Below are positions 16,785 to 29,184 of a stretch of 64,000 nucleotides of DNA, one piece after another. The stretch lies in the NCBI GenBank assembly GCA_000004695.1, contig CM000150.2, positions 2,624,001 through 2,688,000 of the forward strand, read 5' to 3'. Source of the stretch: Dictyostelium discoideum. Taxonomy: Eukaryota. A model generated the notes under the pieces. That model was not told where the DNA came from. It saw only the letters and a list, made by a program, of their open reading frames with translations, and searched no databases. How positions within the stretch are numbered: position 1 is the first letter of the stretch; each line of letters opens with the position of its first letter. A program made the translations under genes and the position numbers.

Positions 16785-17648
16785 TTATAGGTTGTTTTAG
16801 CTTTAGGTGAATATTTACACATTAAATCATACGCATGTATTGGTGGTACTAAGATTACTGATGATATTCAAGCCCTCCAAAGTGGTGTACACGTAGTTGT
16901 CGGTACCCCAGGTCGTGTCTTTGAAATGTTATCACGTGGTATCATTAATCGTGACACCATTAGAATTTTCTGTCTTGATGAAGCTGATGAAATGTTATCA
17001 CGTGGTTTCAAGGATCAAATCTATGAAATTTTCAGATTCTTACCAAAGACCATCCAAGTTGGTTTATTCTCTGCCACCATGACTGATGAAACTTTAGGTA
17101 TCACAAGCAAATTCATGCAAAACCCAGTCAGTATCCTCGTCAAAAAGGATGAATTAACCCTTGAAGGTATTAGACAATTCTACGTCAACGTTGGTGTTGA
17201 ACAAGGTAAATTTGAAGTTTTAACCGATCTCTACGAAACCCTCTCTATCACTCAATCCGTTATTTTCTGTAACACCCGTAGAAAGGTCGATTGGTTAACA
17301 AGCAAAATGACCGAACAAAAATTCACCGTCTCATCAACTCACGGTGACCAAAAGGATCGTGATGGTATCTTACAAGCTTTCCGTTCTGGTGCTACTCGTG
17401 TCCTCATCACCACCGATCTCTTAGCTCGTGGTATTGATGTCCAACAAGTATCACTCGTTATCAACTTTGATTTACCAACCAACATTGAAAATTACATTCA
17501 TCGTATCGGTCGTTCAGGTCGTTTCGGTCGTAAGGGTGTTGCCATCAACTTTATCACTGACGCTGAAAGAGGTCAAATCGATGAATTATCTCGTCATTAC
17601 AATACCTACATTGCCGAAATGCCACAAGACATTGGAAGTTTCCTCTAA
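16023..17648 (+). CDS. tifA: Eukaryotic initiation factor 4A (DEAD-box RNA helicase); 3 exons, 395 aa
   Basis: Exons 16023-16033 (11 nt, MSA+S), 16305-16623 and 16791-17648. Motifs present: PSAIQQRAI (Q motif), AQSGTGKT (motif I), PTRELA, GTPGRV, DEAD (in [11 protein letters not shown]), [16 protein letters not shown]. Exon 3 is near-identical to recalled human eIF4A1 ([11 protein letters not shown]......V.LSATM....[24 protein letters not shown]). Confidence 0.9.
16728..16780 (+). repeat. (AAT)n microsatellite in eIF4A intron 2
   Basis: A perfect AAT array of about 17 units just upstream of the acceptor ATTATAG. Confidence 0.85.
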
Positions 17649-17871
17649 ACGAGTTCCAAAAATGGTTTATAGTTCAGTTGGTCCCCATTTGGTGAGGGCC
17701 ATAGGGTTTATAAATCGACCGCCCCCCTCCCTATCCAATACTCACACCACAACAACATATTTCATCCGCTCATTATAAAAACAACAAAAACTTCAACTCT
17801 TTTACACCTCGTTTAATAAAAAAAAAAAAAAAAAAAAATTTAAAAAAAAAAAATATCCTTTGTTATTATTA

Positions 17872-17905
<34 letters not shown>

Positions 17906-18148
17906 TAGAGGGTTTTATTCTATTTCCATTTTTTTTCTTTATTTTGCAATTTCAATGATTATTTATTTTGAATAATTTTAATTTTCCAATTATTAAAAGT
18001 ATAAAAGTAATATCTTTAACCATTTTGTTTATGTTTAAAAATTCTAAATAGCATCTTTAAATCTTTAGTTGTTCATCCATTTCCAAAAGGTTTATACCCT
18101 TTATTAGAATAATTTGATTACAATTTATTATTAATACATTCATTTAAG

Positions 18149-18196
<48 letters not shown>

Positions 18197-18576
18197 GAAA
18201 TATTATTATTATTTTTCGTTTATAGATTTTGGTATAATAGTTAATTTATTGGATTGGTTATCATAATCCTTTGGATTCTTTTGAAAAAGAATTGAAAATT
18301 AGTGTAATCTTTTGATTTTTTTAAGAAGTGTCAATTTAAAAAAAAAAAAAAAAAAAATAATAATATAATATAATCTATCATAAACTAGTTTTAATTGCTG
18401 ATTTATATTGGTATGTATTTAAAAGTATATTATTCTTTTTGATAGGTTGGGTCAAGGGATATTTTTTTTTTTTTTTGCACTTGGATGGGTGCAAATAATA
18501 AATTTCAAACCTTTTTTTTTTTTTTCTTTAATATTTTAATTTTATTATATATATTTTTTTTATTATTAAAAAATAT

Positions 18577-19428
18577 TTAATTTTTGATTGGATTATATTC
18601 ATTAATAATATCTTTCCAATTTTTTAAATTATAATCAAAAAGTTGATTTGATTTTGGGTGAGGATTTAATAAGAATTGTTCAGCTTCTTCTAAAGTTACT
18701 TCCTTTATTGATGGTGATGTTGGTAAATTATTTATAGTTTTTAAAAGGTTATTAATTATATGATCTTTGGATTGATATCTATCTTTTAATTTACAGAGGA
18801 ATGAAAGGTGGTCTCTATTTTGACGATATTCAGGTATTTTATCAGGCTGTTTCAAACAAGCCATCATATGATCATCTTTAAAATCATATAGAAATGAGGT
18901 ATGATGTAAAAATTTATGTTTTGAAAATGATTGTGCATTACCTCCAAATTTTTGTTTACCAAATGCATAATCGTTCTCTTGTAATCTAAAATCTAATTGT
19001 TCTTGAAAAACATGTTTATAAAATGAATTTGCTGACCAATTCATTATATCTTTTGGATAAATATTACCAACATTAATACTTGTGGTGGTAGTTTCTGTTG
19101 TTGTTGTTGTTGTTGTTGATGACATGGTTGGAAATAATTGTTTTAATGTTTCAAATTCGAATAAAATTGAAGTAAATAATGTGTTTTCATCAGCAACTAC
19201 TGTACCACCACCAGAAAAACGTTTCATTGTTTGAATACCTCTAGATTCGACTTCATCTAAATTCACCAATTTATCAGCTTTGCCTGTGGCTCCAACAATT
19301 ACTATTGGTTCTGGTGTACCATTATTTATAATTATCCAATTACCTGAATTTGGTGTTCTATATAAAGCTTCTTCAATTTGAAGTTGTTTTAAAATTGGAA
19401 ATCTATTTAATCGTAATAATCTAATCAT
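18577..19428 (-). CDS. BPL/LPL catalytic domain protein (lipoate-protein ligase / lipoyl- or octanoyl-transferase family); single exon, 283 aa
   Basis: A 283-aa ORF on the minus strand. The segment GTPEPIVIVGATGK...ESRGIQTMKRFSGGGTVVADENTLFTSILFE matches the LplA/LIPT1 signature block (RRxSGGGTVYHD) as recalled. No intron is evident. Confidence 0.55.
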   Translation of the reverse strand: MIRLLRLNRFPILKQLQIEEALYRTPNSGNWIIINNGTPEPIVIVGATGKADKLVNLDEVESRGIQTMKRFSGGGTVVADENTLFTSILFEFETLKQLFPTMSSTTTTTTTETTTTSINVGNIYPKDIMNWSANSFYKHVFQEQLDFRLQENDYAFGKQKFGGNAQSFSKHKFLHHTSFLYDFKDDHMMACLKQPDKIPEYRQNRDHLSFLCKLKDRYQSKDHIINNLLKTINNLPTSPSIKEVTLEEAEQFLLNPHPKSNQLFDYNLKNWKDIINEYNPIKN

Positions 19429-20088
19429 CTAATAAATAAATAAATACAATAAAGTAATGATATCGTTTTTTCATATGAAAAAAAAAATAAAAAAAAATAA
19501 AAAAAAACAAAAAAAAAAAAATTTAAAAATAAAAAAACTTTTTTAATCTTTTTTTTAATTGATTACTTTTACCTTTTTTTTCTTTTTTATTAATTTAAAT
19601 TAAAATTTTAATATTAATTGGCCTTTTTTTACCAAATGGAATAATTTTTTATATTTTTTTAAAAAAAAACAAAAAAATATTTATATAAAAAAAAGAAATA
19701 AAAAAAATATAAAAAAAAAAAAAAAAAAAATTATAATACCAAATTACTTAAATTCACATTTAAATTCTAAAATATATAAAATCATTATTACAAAATTAAA
19801 TAATACATTTTTGTTTTTTTAATTTTATAATATTATTTTTTAATTAACCCATAATTTTTTTTTAAACTTGGAAAATAGTTTAATTTTCTTTTTTTTTTTT
19901 TTAAAAGTTTCCTTTTTATTTTTTTTTTTTACTTTAAAGGAATACTTTATTTTTAAAAAAACTCAATATTTCTTAGAAAAAAAAAAATCAAAAAAATTTC
20001 ATTTTTTTTTTTTTAATTAAATTTTTTTTTTTTGTTTCATTTTTTATTTAAACTACAGTTTACAATTAATAAATAAATAAAAATTAAA

Positions 20089-20150
20089 ATGGGTTCTTCA
20101 TCACAATCACAACCACCACCACAACAACAACAACAACAACAACCACAACC

Positions 20151-20181
<31 letters not shown>

Positions 20182-20186
20182 CCACC

Positions 20187-20223
<37 letters not shown>

Positions 20224-21514
20224 CCACAACAACAACCACAAACACAACCACCACAACAACAACAACAACAGCAACAGCAACAACAACCACAACAACAGCA
20301 ACAACAACCACAACAACCACCACAAGCCTCCAATTCAAGATTTTCTCCATCCACAAATGATGGTAATGTTGGACCAACACCATCCAATACTGCTACATTG
20401 GATGGTATAGCATTTTCAGCCAAATCAGAAAATGCATTTGAAATATCACAAGTATTGAGTGCTATATACAAAGTTGACCCTGAAAAGAGTAAAAAAAAAG
20501 ATATTCAAAATGTAAGTTCAGAATAGCACAATAAAAACAAAAAATTCTATTTACTTTTATTAACACATTTATTATTATTATTAATAGCAATTTGCAATTT
20601 GTAAAATTGCAGAGAATGCATTAACATTTATTGTTGAAGAAGGAAAACATTTCCAAGGTTTAGCAGGTTTTAAAAATACATTTTTTAAAGAATATAATTT
20701 TAATGCATCTCCTCAACAAGGTGCTTCAACAGCAGATCAGCAACAACAACAGCAAACATTATTATTCAAAATTAATTTATCAATGTTATTAGATTGTTTA
20801 ACAATTTTTGGTAATTCAAGTTTTACATCTGTTCAATTCTTATATAAAGGGTATGGTTCACCCTTTATTTTATTATTAGAGGAAATTGGTGGTGGTGTTG
20901 AAACACATTGTTCAATTAAAACAATGGATGCAGATGAAATTTTAGAGTTTGATTTACTTACACCTGTATCAAATAAATTATTTATGGAATCAGAGAACCT
21001 TTTAGAGGCTTTTGGAGAACTGGATTATACTTCAAACTCTTTAAATATTTTATTAACACCCGAAGCACCTTTCTTTAGATTATCAACCAATGGTCAAATG
21101 GGTTCATTCAGAATGGACTATTGTAAAAAGAAATCGGCTGATGATACATTTGAATATCATGACCTTCAAATACCAATTGAATACTCTTTCCCATTATCTC
21201 TTATAAAGCCATGTATTAAAGCACTCTCTCTTTCAAAGAAAACTCGTATAAGTCTTACTCAAGGTGGTCTTTTATCATTTCACCATATTATTACGACTGG
21301 CCCACAACAACATTTAGTTGAATTCTTTATTTTAGCATCTTCAAATAATTTAGATGAAAATTATTATAATCAAAGTAATAATTTAAATAATCAAAACCAA
21401 AGTAATAATAATAACAATAATACTGATAGTAATAATAATATTAATAATAATAATAATAATAATAATAATGTAAATACAAGTAATGATGTTCGTATGGAAG
21501 ATATGCAATATTAA
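20089..21514 (+). CDS. rad1: Rad1 (9-1-1 checkpoint clamp subunit, Rad1/Rec1/Rad17 family); 2 exons, 449 aa with a long N-terminal poly-Q/P extension
   Basis: Exons 20089-20511 and 20588-21514, with intron 20512-20587 (GTAAGT..AATAG, phase 0). Exon 2 (LSMLLDCLTIFGNSSFTSVQFLYKGYGSPFILLLEEIGGGVETHCSIKT...FFRLSTNGQMGSFRMDY...LIKPCIKALSLSKKTRISLTQGGLLSFHHII) aligns to recalled human RAD1 (NLTVLLDCLSIFGSSP...CYQGYGYPLMLFLEEGGVVTVCKINT...YFRLSTFGNAGSSHLDY...LLKPSTKALVLSCKVSIRTDNRGFLSLQYMI). The N-terminus carries about 70 codons of (CAA)n. Confidence 0.8.
20107..20330 (+). repeat. Coding (CAA)n/(CCA) array encoding the poly-Q/P N-terminus of Rad1
   Basis: About 70 consecutive CAA/CAG/CCA codons inside rad1 exon 1. 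Confidence 0.9.
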
Positions 21515-21713
21515 TTAAATGTTAATAAAAAATTGTAAATAGGACTTTTTTTTTGAAAAAAAAAAATAAAAAAAAAAAAAAATAATTAAAAATTCGAGTA
21601 AATAAATAAGTATATATACAATATTTTTTTATTTTTTTTTTTTAAAGATTTTAATTTTTTTTTTTTTTAATCAAAAATATTTTTAATTATTATTTTTTTT
21701 TTTTTATAATTCT

Positions 21714-24700
21714 TTATTTAAAAGAATTACCTTTTTTATTTGATTTATTTTGATTAGCATGTGAAAAAGCGAAACCAGTATTAACTTTATCATGTCTTAT
21801 TGATTTCATCCAAGTTAAGAATTTAATTCTCTTCTTTTTTCTTTTTTCTTGTTGTTGTGGAGATTCAACACCCATTTCTTCGATATCATTGGTCTTTGAA
21901 AATTTAGCCAAGTTTTCTTTACTCATAATATCGGATGGTTTACCATAGATTTTCTCGATTTCTTGAACGATTTGATAGTTGTAAGGTTTAACATCTCTTT
22001 GGATGTATTTGTAAATGACGTCGGGTGCCAAACAAATGGTTGGTAGCACAGCTATTGATAACCAGAATGATGGACTTGCAAATATTTTATAGGCAACATA
22101 ATAGATATCACCACTTGAAGTTGAACCAATACCTGGAATTGCAGCTAAAACTGCTACCCAAGCGAACCAAATTAAAATGGAAGCCCAAATTGAGAAATGA
22201 GTAATCCAAGTCCAATAACGAGTTTCAAATGCCAACTTAAAGTTTACGGTTATAACCACGAGAATGAAAATATTTTGACCCATTGCCCAAAGGTCCAAAG
22301 TGTCACCAGATTCCAATAAAGTACTACCATGACTGTAGAGACCATAAACACCAAAGAAAATAACCACTGAATGAATCCAAGCTTCAACGATCCAAACCCA
22401 AAGTACACGTAAATTGAATTCACTATCTTTTTGACCACTTGCATATAGTTGAGGATATTTTTGTGATGATTCAGCAGAGACATCTTGATCAAAGATAGCA
22501 CAAACAATAATTGGAAGACCAGTGAAAACTACATTGAAAATTGAAATGGACCAAGAATCAAACATTGTTTGAGCAGAGAAGGAATTGTAAATACCAAACC
22601 AAAATTGTGTCATTGCAAACACCATATTCTTGTAGAAACAATATAACATAAGTTTACTATTTCTCTTGTAATCCCAACGACCATGTACAACCAATAAACG
22701 ATAGAGGAAACTAAATTGTGCAATCGAATAATCGGATGCCATAACTGCTTGCATACCCTCATGACCACTAATACCAATACCAATGTGAGCTGCTTGAATC
22801 ATAGAAACATCGTTTGCACCATCACCAATTGCCAATGTAACGGCACGTAATGTATCACGAACCATTTTAACAACTTGAGCTTTTTGAAGTGGAGTGGTAC
22901 GACAACAAATAACAGATTTACAATTGGCAGCCAATTCAAGGAAAACCGATTTCAATTCGCCTTCCAAGGCAAAGTTTAGACATGAACCTTCGACAACCAA
23001 TGCAAAGCCAGAGTTTTGATGATTTTCGGCATCATCACTAAAGTAAGCATCGATAGCACCTTGAATTTGATTGTGTACATCCTCTTGATTACTACCATTC
23101 AAAATGATAATCCTCATATCCGATGTTAAAAGATGACATGAGAAACCAATGTTGATGGCAGTTTCTTGTTTATCACCAGTGAGTACCCAAATTTTAATGT
23201 TTGCTTTAATGAGATTTGCAATTGCTTGTGGTACACCCTCTTGAAGTTTATCTTCAATAGCGGTTGAACCAATCAGACTGAGATTACGTTCAATCAATTC
23301 ACTAACTTTGTCAACTTTCATATCACGATCTTGAATGGAGATTGCAGCTTCTTTGTAGAGTTCATTCCATTGTTGATAATCTTCCTCCTCGAGGTAAGTG
23401 TAGGCAAGACATAAAGTTCTAAGACCATCTGCAGCAAAATCTTGAAGAAACTCTAGTGTGATTGAATAAAGTTCCTCTTGATCCTTTCTAAGTAATGGAA
23501 GTACGGTGGTATCAGCACCTTTACAATAGAGTATGATACGACCTTGTGGATTACGACAAATGACAGACATTCTCTTACGATCACTATTAAATTCTAAAAC
23601 GTTTAAAACTTCGAATCTTTCAATCTTTCCACGAATATTTACAAGACAACCGGTTGGATCACGATTATAGAAAGCATAACCCAAATTCTTTGCAGCGGAA
23701 ACCAAGGCAGCCTCATCGGGTGAAGAAGCTTCATAAATGATTTCAGAGTCATCTTTATTTGGACGATCAGGTACGACGGAATGACAAACAGCCAACAAAG
23801 TGAGGAATTCATTGATGAGGAAAGATTGTTCGGAATTTTTATCCTCATCCAAGTGAGTGATTATACGACGATCCTTAAAGCCAAACTTTGGATCGGCACC
23901 AACTATACCCTCCATTGCGATACCATATGGTTTATTTGAGGAGGCATCATCTTCTCTTTCGACATTACCATAGACCATTTTACCAACAGAACATTTCAAG
24001 AAATCCATTTGATTTCTAGTGAGTGTACCAGTTTTATCAGAGAAAATGTATTCGATTTGACCCAACTCTTCACTGAGATTACTTGTACGAGTACGTGCTG
24101 GTGTATTTGTTTCAGGATCATACATTTTCACATCCCAACCCACATAAACGGCTTGAGCAACCTTTACCAACTCCAAAGAGACATACAAAGAAATTGGAAT
24201 CATAACTGCGAAAGCAATCATAAATGAAAAGAGATTGAGAACTGCTTTACGTACATCTTTTTGTTCGAAATCCAAATACCATTGTTTATCGATATTGGTG
24301 CTGGTGAGAATGACACTAACAATCATACCAACTACACAAACCACAAACATAATAATGAAAAGATTGATGAGTGCTCTATTGACCAACTTTTCCAAAGTAC
24401 TTCTTTTCGATGGAGCATCGGTTGAATTTTGCATCAATTTGGTATCCTCACCAGTGTAAACCACTGCACCATAAATCCATTCCGTATTTCTAAGGACACA
24501 ACCTCTTAACAATGTTTGTGTATTATTCAATGGATGCTTTTGGCTATCGTCGGTCATTTGAATTGCACCATTGTAAACGTAAATGACATTGTTTGGATGT
24601 TCACATTCTATATTACCTCTGAAATGCGCTAAATCCTCTTCGGATCTTAAAATTTCAAATGTTTGTGGAATGGCTTGACGTTGTTTCAAATTGGTTTCAC

Positions 24701-25590
24701 CATCTAAATTACTAGTTTCAATATAACAAACACCATGTTGTTCAGAGGAATTTAAAACTACTAAATCTGCTGGGAATCTTTCACCCTTATTAACTTGACA
24801 AATATCTCCAACTTTTACTTGTTTCCATGGTACAATTTCAAATTTACCATTTCTTAAAATTCTACAATCTAAATTATTAACTGTTTTATCTGATAAATTT
24901 CTTTTCTATAATAAATAAGAATAAAAAAAAAAAAAAACATTAATATTATTTATTAATTTTATTTTTTTAAAAAATAAATTATAAAAAAAAAAAAACACTT
25001 ACAATATCTTCAATACCTTCTTTAACTGCAGTTACAGCTAATACAAAAATTAAAGGTATCCAAGTTGTATAAGCATTAACTGGTGAGATACCTGGAATTA
25101 ATTGAATGACTGCAATTACAAGAAAATAGAAATTTGCAGCTCTTCTAAATTGTTCGTATAAATTCTTTGGTATGAATGACCATGGTGTATATTTTGTTGT
25201 GGAGATTTTATTATGAATAAATTTGAATGGTATATTTCTTTCTGGTTGATTTATGAAAATGTTTCTACTACTACCTATATATTTCTTCTTTTTAACTTTT
25301 TTCAATGCCTTTGGCTTCTTTTTGGGTTTATTTGAACGTAATGATGATGATTTCGTTGACTTTCTTGCTGCACCACTTGATATGGTTGATGATGGTGCTC
25401 TGCTTAAACTTGATGGTGGAGAATATTGATCCTCCCCTATATTATTATTACTACTATTATTACTTTTATGTAATGGTGATATGGTTTGTAATGATGGCTT
25501 TGAGTTACTACCACCAGCGCCACTACTACTACTACCACTTGGTGCGGCTGAGTCTACCAATGGTATATCTGTATATTGTTGATTTTCCAT
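21714..25590 (-). CDS. P4-type ATPase (phospholipid-transporting flippase); 2 exons, about 1259 aa
   Basis: Minus-strand exons 25590..25003 and 24905..21714. The intron is 24906-25002 (donor GTAAGT, acceptor TTATAG, phase 0). Exon 1 ends ...[10 protein letters not shown] and exon 2 resumes [78 protein letters not shown]. This is the canonical P4-ATPase block. Motifs present: DKTGTLT (phosphorylation site), [12 protein letters not shown] and GDGANDV. Confidence 0.9.
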
Positions 25591-26599
25591 TGTAGGACTC
25601 TTTTTACCACTATCTAAAATCCAACCTAAATTAGATTCTTTTAATTATAAATTTGTTTTTTAAAAAAAAAAAAAAATGTTATTATATTATAGTTTTTTTT
25701 TTTTTTTTTTTTTTATGAAAAAAATAATAATATGTGGTATATATTACAAATAAAAAAAAAACAAAATTGAAAAAAAGAAAAAAAAAAAAAAAAAAAAAAA
25801 TTTATTGTATGTGTGTTTAATTAAATAAATTTAATTATGTATTTAGTCTGAGGTAAGCGAGAATTTGCGTGAAAGTGTGTGTGTGTCTATGTGAGTGGGT
25901 AAAAAAAATAAAAAAAAATAAAAATAAAAAATTATTTATTTTTTAATTTTTAAAAAAAAAAAAATAAAAAATTTACCAACAAACTTATCGTTGTTGTTTG
26001 TATGACAATAAGGTATGTCTTTATATAATAGGTTATGACAATATTTATTATTATTGTTATTATTATTATTTTTTTTTTTTTTTTATTTTTATTTTTATAT
26101 TTTTTTTTTTTTTTATTATACGAAAATTTTAAAATAATAATGATAGAATAAATTTATAAAAATATTACAATTATATATACGATGGTTTTATTTGCTCTTT
26201 TTGATTTGTTTATAATAACCTTTTAAAATAAAAAAATATCAAAATAAAATTTTGAAAAGGGTTTTTTTTGAAAAATTGATTTTTTTTTTTTTCTAACCAA
26301 CTTTTTTTTTAATTTTTTATTTTTTTATTTTTTATTTTATTTTTTATTTTATTTTTTTATTTTATTTTTATTATTTTTTATTATTTTTTATTATTTTTAT
26401 CCTTTATTATTTTTTAATAGATAAATGGGTGATGAATGAATTGAGTTATTGAGATTTTACAAAACAAAAACTAAAAAAAAAAGGGGGTTAAAAAAAAAAC
26501 ACACAAAAAAATTTTTTTTTTTTTTTTTTTTTTTCATGGGTGTGTTTTCAAATAAACTAAAATTTGTAATTATAAAATTTAAATTTAAATTTAAATACA

Positions 26600-26717
26600 T
26601 ACGACTACTATTTGATTGTGCATCAAAACTTTGGTCTAAGCTATTTAAATCATTTTGAGAAGGTTGCTGCTGTTGCTGCTGCTGCGTATTGTTATATTGT
26701 TGATCTTTGTCATGCAT
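26600..26717 (-). CDS. Candidate short coding exon (MHDKDQQYNNTQQQQQQQPSQNDLNSLDQSFDAQSNSS+R) ending at a GTATGT donor. It may be an upstream 5' exon of the flippase or a separate tiny gene
   Basis: There is an ATG at 26717 on the minus strand. The stretch is richer in GC than its surroundings and ends in phase 1 at cgt|GTATGTATTT. Two AG acceptors just upstream of the flippase ATG (TTTAG|GTTGG and TTTTAG|ATAGTGG) are both phase-1 compatible. Either would read in frame into ...[17 protein letters not shown]. That splice would need an intron of about 980 bp, which is long for this genome. Confidence 0.25.
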
Positions 26718-26851
26718 TTTTCAACTATTTAATATTTATTTGTTGAATTTGACTTCCAACCAACTTTTGTATTGATATAAAGGTTCTTTTTTTTTTCTTT
26801 TCTTTTCTCTCTATGATTTTAATTGATTTTTGTTTTTAAAATTATTATTAT

Positions 26852-26903
<52 letters not shown>

Positions 26904-27078
26904 AATTGAATTGAAAAAAAAAAAAAAATTCAATTAATATCTTTAAACGTTATTTTTTTTTTTTCCTAATGAATTTGGGTGGTTCTGAAATTAATGAACA
27001 ATAAAATATTTTAATATTTACACTTTATATTATAGTTGTTGATAACTTTTAGTTTAATTATTAAAATGCTAAACTATA

Positions 27079-27113
<35 letters not shown>

Positions 27114-27698
27114 CTTTTAAACCATCTGTAAAATAATTATATTAATAAAATGAAATACAGAGATTAATGAGGTTTTCTTGAAATTAAAATTTTTGAAAAT
27201 AAAAAAAAAATTAAAAAAAAAAAATTAAATAAAAAATAAAAAAAAAAATAAAATAAAAAATAAAATAAAATTAAAAACTGAAAGATCGAGAATTGAAAAA
27301 AATTTAAAAAAATTAAAAAAAATAAATGAAATAACAATATTAACGAAAAGATTAAATAAGAAAGGGGTGGATTCTTTTTGATTCTAATCAAAACAACACA
27401 ATGTTGCAAAGTTTTGAAAAAAAAAAAAAAAAATAAATAAATAAAAAAATAAATAAATAAAAATTAGGAACATACAATTAATTTTTTTTTTTTTTTTTTG
27501 TTATTGAAATTATTATTATATTCCTGTTATGGCTATTTATAATTCTTCTTTAGTAATATAATTTTTAATTTATTAATATATTAGTGTTACTGAATTTATT
27601 AATAAATGCGCTAAATAAAATTAAATTAAAAAAAAAAAAAAATAAATAAAATAAAATTTACAGTTATAATTATTTTTAATTTTTATTTTTGTTTAGAG

Positions 27699-27733
<35 letters not shown>

Positions 27734-28602
27734 ATTTTTATTATTTATTTATTTTAAAGATTACTATTATTTTTGGTAATAGATAGAATATTTATAATTA
27801 TAAAGTTGATTATACACAAGTTTTTATTTTTTTTAATATAAATTCTATAGCCTCTATAATTGAAATAATCTTTTTTTTTTTTTTTTTTGATTATTTTATA
27901 ATTTTTATTATGTTTTTTTTATTATTTTTATTTTTTTTTTAAAAAAAAAATTTTAATTAAATATAAAAAAAAAAAATAAATAAAAAAAAAAAATATTATT
28001 TAAATAATATTAAAAAAAAAAAAAAAAAAAAAAAAGAGAGATTTTGTGGGGTGGGATTAAATTAAATTACAAAAATTTTATAAGGTTATAATAATGCAAA
28101 ATAACTAACAACAAAAATTGTATAAACTTTTATTATTATTGCAACTTACATGGTGCGTTTTAGTTTTTTTTTTTTAGTTTTTTTTTTTTATTGTTGAAAT
28201 ATTAAGTTAAATAAATAAATAAATAGAAGTTATTAAAAATATAAGAAAAAAAAAATATATAGTTTAATGATAAAAGAGAAAAGGAAAAAAACTAATTTCT
28301 TTTTTTTTTTTTTTTTTTTTTTTTTTTATTTTTTATTTTTTATTTTTTATTTTATTTTTTATTTTAATATTAATAATTAATATAAGACATGGATTGTAAA
28401 AAATTAAATTAAAAAATTAAAAAATTTAAAATGAGGGGGGTGAAAACAAATATTAATCGAACAACAATGAAACGTATTGTTTTTTAGTTAAACTAAGGGA
28501 AAAAAAAAAAAAAAAAAATAAATAAAAAAAAAAAAGTGAAAAAAATTAAAAAAATAATAATTTACCAGTTATAATACAAATAAATTAATTTCACTTTCGT
28601 AA

Positions 28603-28657
<55 letters not shown>

Positions 28658-28693
28658 CACACGACTTGAAATAAAAAAAAATAAAAAAAAAAA

Positions 28694-28732
<39 letters not shown>

Positions 28733-29184
28733 AAAGTTATCATATTATATGGTCATATGACCACAACAGCAAAAAAAAAAAAAAAAAAAACATCCTCTCA
28801 TAATTACAACATCAAAGAATTTTTTAAATTTAAATTAAAAATTGATTGTTATGTCGCGAGTGCATGACACTTGACATTTATTTTTTTATTTTTTTTTTAT
28901 TTTTTTTTTTTTTTAATTTTGGAATAAAAAAAAAAAATAATTTTGGAAACAATTGTTCGATTACAACGAATCTGGATTCTTATCAAAAATAAAAATAATT
29001 GGATCAATATTTAATTAATATTTTTTTTCTTTGAAATATATATTATTATTTTTTTTTTTTTTTTTTTTGTTTCTAAAAATAGAATATTTTCTTTTTTTTT
29101 AAAAAAATAGAATTTATTTATTTATTTTTTTAATAGTTTTTATTAATAGTTTTTATTAATAGTTTTTATTTTTTTTTTAAAAAT

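Noticed and set aside
20037-20471. Minus-strand ORFs 20037..20471, 20084..20383, 20107..20325 (poly-C/poly-V/poly-L)
   Set aside because: They are antisense translations of the Rad1 (CAA)n tract.
26457-26599. Continuation of ORF 26457..26717 beyond codon 39 (…MYLNLNLNFIITNFSLFENTPMKKKKKK…)
   Set aside because: Complexity collapses to AT-repeat translation right after a strong GTATGT donor. Only the first 118 nt look coding.
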